Positions 20,303-26,072 of a stretch of 26,072 bases of DNA are shown here, piece by piece. The notes beneath the pieces are model-generated. The model was not told the origin of the DNA. It searched no databases and saw only the letters and a list, made by a program, of their open reading frames with translations. The DNA comes from an uncultured archaeon (lineage in GTDB: Archaea; Asgardarchaeota; Lokiarchaeia; Sigyniarchaeales; SOKP01). How positions within the stretch are numbered: the stretch's first letter is position 1; each line of letters opens with the position of its first letter. The translations under genes and the position numbers were made by a program. The stretch covers positions 1 to 26,072 of the forward strand of contig CAYLZE010000058.1 of the NCBI GenBank assembly GCA_964388035.1, in the 5' to 3' direction.

Positions 20303-21067
20303 TTATTTTCTAATGAACATTTCGAGTCTGCGTTTAACTTCCTCAGATTGTCCCGTGATTATCATCCCAATCAATTCTCTGTCTAACACAGATTCATTAT
20401 CGCTATCTCGATTTTCATTTAAGAGTTTTTTGGTTAAACTTAGCCCAAGATGATCTTTTTGAACAACGCTATTAGCATATTTTCTAAGGGTTCTTTTAAG
20501 TCCCTGAGGCTTGCATACATGATTAACTAGGCCGATTCGATAAGCTTCTTCCCCACTTATTTCTTTACCAAAATATAAGATTTCCCTCGCTTTACACTCT
20601 CCCACCATTCGTGGTAATAATTTAGTGCAAAGATTTCCGAAAAACAACCCCATATTTAATTCTGGAAGCATTATTCTTGTATCCGTCGTCGCAATCTTTA
20701 AATCAGTACATAATGTATGTTCAAAACCACCTCCAATAACCCATCCGTGATAACCTACAATAATGATACCCGGATGGCTTATCATTGCCCTAGTAACATC
20801 TTGAAAAGCTTTTAAAAATTCAATTCCTTCAACAAACTTATCTTTATTTTGAATTAATTCATATCCATATTTTAAATTAGCTCCAACGGTGAAATCTTTA
20901 CCTTCAGAGGTATAAATTACGCATACGTCATTATTCTCTGCGCTCTGATTGAATGCTTTAGTTATTGTTTGAAGGGTGACCAAATCAAGAGAATTACGTT
21001 GCTCGGGTTTATTTAGGGTAATCAAACCAATATCGTTTTCCTTTTCATATTTAACTATTTCTTCCAA
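20303..21067 (-). CDS. Enoyl-CoA hydratase/isomerase (crotonase superfamily)
   Basis: ITLNKPEQRNSL, FTVGANL, GWVIGGGFE, MLPELNMG and EAYRIGLVN; both catalytic Glu positions present. GAGGT SD upstream of TTG start. Confidence 0.92.
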   Translation of the reverse strand: MEEIVKYEKENDIGLITLNKPEQRNSLDLVTLQTITKAFNQSAENNDVCVIYTSEGKDFTVGANLKYGYELIQNKDKFVEGIEFLKAFQDVTRAMISHPGIIIVGYHGWVIGGGFEHTLCTDLKIATTDTRIMLPELNMGLFFGNLCTKLLPRMVGECKAREILYFGKEISGEEAYRIGLVNHVCKPQGLKRTLRKYANSVVQKDHLGLSLTKKLLNENRDSDNESVLDRELIGMIITGQSEEVKRRLEMFIRK

Positions 21068-21190
21068 TCACATTACCTCATTTTTCAAATTTTTTATTCA
21101 AACGATATAAAATGGTAGTTCTATTATCTTATAAAGTCATTTTTTTTTCAAATTCATCTTTTCTCTTTAACACGAAATTAAGAAATAAAA

Positions 21191-22819
21191 TTAAGATGAT
21201 GGAATCAATTCTTTTTTCAGTCTAACGCGATCTATCTTTCCAATTCTAGTAATAGGAAGATCATTCGGATCCAAATCATAGACAATTATTTTTTTTGGAA
21301 CTTTAAACTTGGCCAGATTTTCCTCGCACATTTTTAAAATTTCCTTTTCTTCCTCTGCACTAATTTTTTGTCCTAATTCGGGACCAACGACTAACCATAC
21401 TACTTCGCCATATATTTCATCTGGAGCGCCTAAAGCAGCAGCAATGGCTACTTTAGGGTGTTTTAAGACGATTTCCTCTATTTCAGAAGGTAATACGGTA
21501 TAACTACCCACACGAATTATGTGTTTGATTCTACCGGTTATATATAAACCACCATCTTCATCCAAATAGCCCAAATCCCCAGTTTTACAATAGCCCTCTG
21601 ATGTAAACCCCACTTTATCTTCTTCTGGCATTTTAAAATACCCTTTACTGGTTACTGGCCCCTTAACCAATACTTCTCCGATTTCTTTCGATTTTAAGTG
21701 ATCCCCATCCTCATTAACGACTATTACTTCTAATCCCGGCAATGGTTTACCCACGTAGCCGTTAGCCATCTTTTTTAGATCATCTCCAAGTTCTGTAAAA
21801 GATACTCCAGCTCCTGCTTCAGTAGCTCCATATCCAATAATTATATTTTCACAAATATGCTCTTTTATGTCCTTTAAAAGTTCTAAGGCAACTTTTTCTC
21901 CCGCAACAACCACAAATTTAAGATATTTTTTGGGTTCATATGTATCTAAATTCGGCAGGGAAAGATAAATCTTGAACATGGTAGGAACACCTCCAATCCA
22001 AGGCAAGTTATATTTCTTCATAGCAGACAATGAATCAAAGGGAGACCATACCGACTGTACGATCATTTCAGCCCCTCCAATAAGACTGGATCCAATAAGT
22101 TCTTGAGTGCCCCCTACGTGACTCACAGGTAAATTAGCTAAAAATTTAAATCTTTCCTTCACACCTGATTCTATTAACGTTCTGCTTACTTTTTGAAATT
22201 CAAGATACGCCATATTAACGACATTTTCATGTGATAATAATACTGCTTTTGGCATGCCAGTTGTGCCTCCTGTCCATATAATCAAGATACCATCTTGTTC
22301 CTTTTGTTTTTGTTTAGCTATCTTAAGTTTCTCTACATAATCCACTCTATCTTTTAATAAATCCTCAAATGAAGTGCCAAAATCTGACTTTCCCACAACC
22401 ACATGTTGGATTTCCCCTAATTCATCCATTATCTCTTTAAGTATGGCTCCAATGGGATTCTTTTCAAATTTATTTATTGAAATAATTATTTTTGGTTCTA
22501 AATGGGGAATTAATCGGATTAAATCCGCCTTCTTGTAACTTACATCCATTGGAACAGTTATTGCTCCAACTTTACTCGCCGCTATGAAAGTAAAAATGAA
22601 TTCTGGAATCGTGGGAAGAATTGTCACAATAATATCTCCTTTAGAGAGACCTAATTCTAAGAATCCTTCAGCTAATTGATCAGTTGATTCATCCAATTGT
22701 TTAGCAGTGATTATTTTTTTCTTAAATTGAATTAAAGGGAGTTCTGGATCTTTTTGTGCCCAATATTTGGGATATTCCCAAAAGAACTTTAATTTTGGAA
22801 TTTCCATGCTATAATTCAC
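21191..22819 (-). CDS. Acyl-CoA synthetase/ligase (class I adenylate-forming)
   Basis: WTGGTTGMPKAV P-loop, LPVSH, GYGATE, TGDLG, GRIKHII, PSEIEE and LP.TRIGKIDR. Start is GTG 22819 or ATG 22807. Confidence 0.93.
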   Translation of the reverse strand: MNYSMEIPKLKFFWEYPKYWAQKDPELPLIQFKKKIITAKQLDESTDQLAEGFLELGLSKGDIIVTILPTIPEFIFTFIAASKVGAITVPMDVSYKKADLIRLIPHLEPKIIISINKFEKNPIGAILKEIMDELGEIQHVVVGKSDFGTSFEDLLKDRVDYVEKLKIAKQKQKEQDGILIIWTGGTTGMPKAVLLSHENVVNMAYLEFQKVSRTLIESGVKERFKFLANLPVSHVGGTQELIGSSLIGGAEMIVQSVWSPFDSLSAMKKYNLPWIGGVPTMFKIYLSLPNLDTYEPKKYLKFVVVAGEKVALELLKDIKEHICENIIIGYGATEAGAGVSFTELGDDLKKMANGYVGKPLPGLEVIVVNEDGDHLKSKEIGEVLVKGPVTSKGYFKMPEEDKVGFTSEGYCKTGDLGYLDEDGGLYITGRIKHIIRVGSYTVLPSEIEEIVLKHPKVAIAAALGAPDEIYGEVVWLVVGPELGQKISAEEEKEILKMCEENLAKFKVPKKIIVYDLDPNDLPITRIGKIDRVRLKKELIPSS

Positions 22820-23036
22820 TACTTTTATTTTTATTTTAATCTAATTCTTACGTTTATTTTGTATTTATATTAATTTCCTAATTTATTTATTCTGACCCTT
22901 TATAATGATCTATCTTTTTTATATTATTTGGATTTTATATCTTGTCTATTCAATATTCTTCCCATTCGATATTGGAGTTAGCAATTTCATACTATTTTGT
23001 AAAGAAATAATTTTTATTAAAATGAAATATAAAAAG

Positions 23037-23060
23037 TGGGTATACAAAAAAGTATATCCA
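23037..23060. promoter_or_regulatory. Imperfect palindrome (operator or hairpin) between the 7-TM gene and the acyl-CoA ligase
   Basis: TGGGTATAC-AAAAAA-GTATATCCA, 8/9 arm match. Confidence 0.35.
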
Positions 23061-23147
23061 AAATAAGGAATAAAATATTTATCAATTTAAGGAAAAGGAA
23101 TGGATGGTTGATAAAAATAAAAAAAAATAGAAAGAAAGAAATTAAAA

Positions 23148-23885
23148 TTATTTATTATCCTTAATAATCCAGCTCGCGACTCGTTCCGGCAAAAGAAAAC
23201 CCATATAATAGGTTAATGCACTAAATATCAAGATAATCCTTATCAAGATAAGTGTGAACACATCCATCAGGACACCAGCATCGAAAATTGCTGCAATCGT
23301 GAATAATATAAAAGCAATTATCAGGAATTTTCCTTTTAACCGTATTTTTGGATCATCGGATTGTAAGGATTGCCTCGTAAAAAGGGAGCCCGTGACAAGA
23401 AATGATACAATGGCAAAAATAGAAAAGATGTATGGATAAAGAGCGTATTTTGAATTAAATGTTGAAATGATAATAATAACACTCTCTGGATCAGTGATGA
23501 TTAAATAAATAATAACGATCTCATAAACCACACTTATCGCTGAATAAATGATTAAGAGAGATTTCTTATATTTAGGATAAGCTAACGTGGTAAAAGTGTA
23601 TATCCAACAAATTACTGCTATTGGAATGAACACGCTGTCAATAATTCTGCCTACAATGTGAGGTACTTCCACATCAAACAAAATAACTAATGGAAAATTC
23701 AACGTTATTCTCCACCATCCACTTGTCATGAAGATCCAAGTTAAGCCAGTCGTAATCATTGATTTATGTTTATATTTAAAATACTTGGATAGAATTAGTA
23801 ATCCCAATATCAATGATAATATGACAAATACAAAACTGAGACTCCCATATAAAAGTTCAGTTATGGTAAGATTCTGAATCCCCAT
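23148..23885 (-). CDS. Hypothetical 7-TM membrane protein
   Basis: 245 aa with seven hydrophobic segments by eye, short termini and no soluble domain. Confidence 0.8.
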   Translation of the reverse strand: MGIQNLTITELLYGSLSFVFVILSLILGLLILSKYFKYKHKSMITTGLTWIFMTSGWWRITLNFPLVILFDVEVPHIVGRIIDSVFIPIAVICWIYTFTTLAYPKYKKSLLIIYSAISVVYEIVIIYLIITDPESVIIIISTFNSKYALYPYIFSIFAIVSFLVTGSLFTRQSLQSDDPKIRLKGKFLIIAFILFTIAAIFDAGVLMDVFTLILIRIILIFSALTYYMGFLLPERVASWIIKDNK

Positions 23886-24219
23886 ATTACTTACACTTTT
23901 GTAAAAGTATTGTGTTATTGTAAAATAGTTAACAAATAAGAATGTATGATATATGGAATTTAAATCTTTTTAAAAATAAGGATTATAATCAGTTTTACTA
24001 CATTTTTGTGTTAAAAATTTTAACTATTTAACGTTATTTATATTAGTCGCTCTTATATAAATGTGTTTAGCAATTAGAGTTAATTTATGAAAATACATCT
24101 TAAATCTGGGATTTTTCTTAAGTTATAAAATTCTTCGAAAATTATAAATTATTGTAGAGACAACTTCAGAAGATTAAGATCATATTATTTTCAAAGTGGA
24201 AAAAAAAGGAAAAAAAGCA

Positions 24220-24336
24220 TTATATAATTTGTGATTTTTCAACCTCAGAGACCTGCTCATCTCGAGCTAATTCTAACTCGACTAGTTCTCGAGGGTTCAA
24301 TTCTTCTTTTTGCCAATACATGTTATAAGAACACAT
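24220..24336 (-). CDS. Putative 38-aa acidic small protein, absent from the ORF track
   Basis: MCSYNMYWQKEELNPRELVELELARDEQVSEVEKSQII*. GAGGT lies 8 nt upstream of the ATG, two T runs follow the stop, and the ORF is a GC-richer island in a very AT-rich spacer. Confidence 0.55.
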   Translation of the reverse strand: MCSYNMYWQKEELNPRELVELELARDEQVSEVEKSQII

Positions 24337-24727
24337 TCTATTTTACCTCTTAACCCTGTTTTTTATTTTTTTTTTTTAATATTTTTAATAAGTTTAATAA
24401 TATTAATATCAAATAAGATATGATCAAACTTCTATTTAAACTAGCAGTTTTTGGTTAATATAGATTTAATAGGATTAATAGAAATTCCTCTAATTTAATG
24501 CATAAATCAAGGAATAAAACCCAATCTATTAAGTTCGTGAAACATGCCTTTCAAGTTCGGATATACACATCTAGATATTAATTTTCTTTAAAAACTTCTA
24601 AATAAGGATAGAGTGTAAAATTCTTACTTTGTATAAAATTATATATATCGAATTTGATATTTAATCTATTTCTAATCACTTAATTTGGAGTTTTATTTAT
24701 TTTTAATTTTAATGTAAAATTTTAATT

Positions 24728-24748
24728 GTAAGGAATTTTTTTCTTTAC
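24728..24748. promoter_or_regulatory. Probable autoregulatory operator of the AbrB-VapC operon
   Basis: GTAAGGAA-TTTTT-TTCTTTAC, a 7/8 inverted repeat 11 nt upstream of the antitoxin ATG. Confidence 0.4.
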
Positions 24749-24759
24749 TAGGAAGGAAC

Positions 24760-25029
24760 ATGGTTGAAGAATCAAAAATTTCAAAAAAAGGTCAAATAAC
24801 GATTCCTAAAAAAGTAAGGGACAAATTAGGTCTTAAAGCAGGCGATAAAATTGTTTTTGAGTCTTTACCTAAAGGTTTTCTGATAAGAAAAAAGGAAGAT
24901 TCGGATGTTGATAAGGTATTAGATGAAATTTCAGGAATATGGAAAGATCATCCTCTCTTTAAAGACAAAACCACCAAAGAAATAATTGAAATATTAAGGG
25001 GCCCCGATGATGATACTAAAGATAGATAA
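24760..25029 (+). CDS. vapB: AbrB/MazE/SpoVT-family antitoxin (VapB-type)
   Basis: SKISKKGQITIPKKVRDKLGLKAGDKIVF swapped-hairpin signature; overlaps the downstream PIN gene. Confidence 0.92.
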   Translation: MVEESKISKKGQITIPKKVRDKLGLKAGDKIVFESLPKGFLIRKKEDSDVDKVLDEISGIWKDHPLFKDKTTKEIIEILRGPDDDTKDR

Positions 25030-25465
25030 AATCACTTTAGATTCAAGTATTATCATTTCAATTCTTAAAAAAGATTCTTTTTTTGAGGACGTCATTAAAG
25101 CAAATAAAATACTAAGGAAATCTGAAATTAACACATTTATTAGCCATATTACATATGCAGAATTGTGGGTTGGTGTTATATCTAGTACTAATCCTAAAGA
25201 AGATGAAATCGCTTTGAATAAGGTATTATATGAAATTTTTAGAGTTGTTATAACAGATCTAAATGTGACTATTGCTCGGACTGCAGCAGCGGCCTTTTTA
25301 AAATATAAAAATTTAAAGGGCAAAAGAGATTTTTTGATTCCAGACTTTTTAATTGGGGCTCATGCTCAATATTATACGAATTCAATTTTAACTACTAATC
25401 CCCGTGATTTTCAGAGATATATTCCAGATTTGATGGTTATCACTCCTAAACAGTTTATAGAATAA
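25007..25465 (+). CDS. vapC: PIN-domain toxin (VapC)
   Basis: TLDSSII (D), ITYAEL (E), LIPDFLIGAHA (D) and LTTNPRDF; coupled to the AbrB antitoxin. Confidence 0.92.
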   Translation: MMILKIDKITLDSSIIISILKKDSFFEDVIKANKILRKSEINTFISHITYAELWVGVISSTNPKEDEIALNKVLYEIFRVVITDLNVTIARTAAAAFLKYKNLKGKRDFLIPDFLIGAHAQYYTNSILTTNPRDFQRYIPDLMVITPKQFIE

Positions 25466-25765
25466 GTTTTAAAAAAGAAGAGAATTTAAAATGTTTTATT
25501 CTTTAAAATGAGAATTTGAATTAATAACTACATCTATTCTTATTCAATTACGTCTTCATTATGTATTTTTAAAATTAAGAGGACGTTTTCTGTTGCTCAT
25601 TTAATTATCCAGATTGAACTTGATTAGACTCTTCAAATTAAAATATAATTTTTTAAGTTTTAAGTAAAAGAATTAGGATAATGAAGAAAATGACCTCAGT
25701 GTGAAGAATGCAGATTATATTCTAATTTCAATAAAAAACCTTCCCTTTTGAACCCAATCCTTAAT

Positions 25766-25963
25766 TTAAGCAGTTTTTAATGGTTTATTTTGATTTAATT
25801 CATCATTGATTAACTTGATATAATCCAAATACTTTAATCCCTTCAATTCTGCTTCCTTGGCAATAATTTTTCTTGCAATATGGACTTGTTGCAAAGCTAA
25901 ATCATCAGGAAAGTCTTTCTCTATTTCTTTTGTTATTTTCTCAACTTCTTCCTTATTTAATAT
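25766..25963 (-). CDS. 65-aa hypothetical protein (probable PIN partner/antitoxin) with apparent ATA start
   Basis: ILNKEEVEKITKEIEKDFPDDLALQQVHIARKIIAKEAELKGLKYLDYIKLINDELNQNKPLKTA*. SD GAGGTGA ends 6 nt before the ATA, and an in-frame TGA upstream excludes an earlier start. Confidence 0.65.
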   Translation of the reverse strand: MLNKEEVEKITKEIEKDFPDDLALQQVHIARKIIAKEAELKGLKYLDYIKLINDELNQNKPLKTA

Positions 25964-25977
25964 TTTTCTTCACCTCT

Positions 25978-26070
25978 TCATAATAGTTCTGCTGGTGTCA
26001 TGATTTCTAATTGTCTTAAATCATTGAGAGTTATGATCATTCTTATTATATCTTTAGTCTTTTTTCGAAC
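25978..26070 (-). CDS. 3' end of a probable PIN-domain protein (truncated by window)
   Basis: VRKKTKDIIRMIITLNDLRQLEIMTPAELL* resembles the '(HI)V..KT......N......I.TP.E' C-terminus of a PIN subfamily. Only 30 aa are visible. Confidence 0.5.
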   Translation of the reverse strand, partial: VRKKTKDIIRMIITLNDLRQLEIMTPAELL

Positions 26071-26072
26071 TA

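Noticed and set aside
25677-25751. Peptide NADYILISIKNLP resembling a HAD-hydrolase C-terminus
   Set aside because: Too short, with no upstream HAD motifs; chance similarity is likely.

Overview
AT-rich, prokaryotic-style window, most likely archaeal. GAGGT(GA) Shine-Dalgarno sites, oligo-T tracts after genes, a soluble multi-PAS kinase, a GPH-type MFS transporter and an orphan 7-TM protein suggest Asgard/Lokiarchaeia; this is inference only. The left flank is accessory or decayed: 3' end of a probable type IIG restriction-modification gene, MBL hydrolase, UPF0175 fragment, membrane protein, divergent Uma2-like nuclease and a SudA/NfnB/GltD pseudogene. The centre holds a two-gene glycyl-radical enzyme (GRE) plus activase operon with non-canonical catalytic loops (GCVDMC, KVGGYS), a 5-PAS histidine kinase split by one in-frame TAA, an FAD oxidoreductase, an unannotated 58-aa zinc-ribbon gene and an alpha/beta hydrolase. 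Next is an IS4-superfamily DDE transposase with an in-frame TAA and two N-terminal PIP-box-like motifs. A co-oriented catabolic-looking run follows: M28 peptidase with altered metal site, GPH transporter, enoyl-CoA hydratase, acyl-CoA ligase and 7-TM protein. The right flank has an unannotated 38-aa ORF and two convergent PIN-type toxin-antitoxin modules. No rRNA, tRNA or CRISPR array was seen. The best candidate for undescribed biology is the atypical GRE/activase pair.
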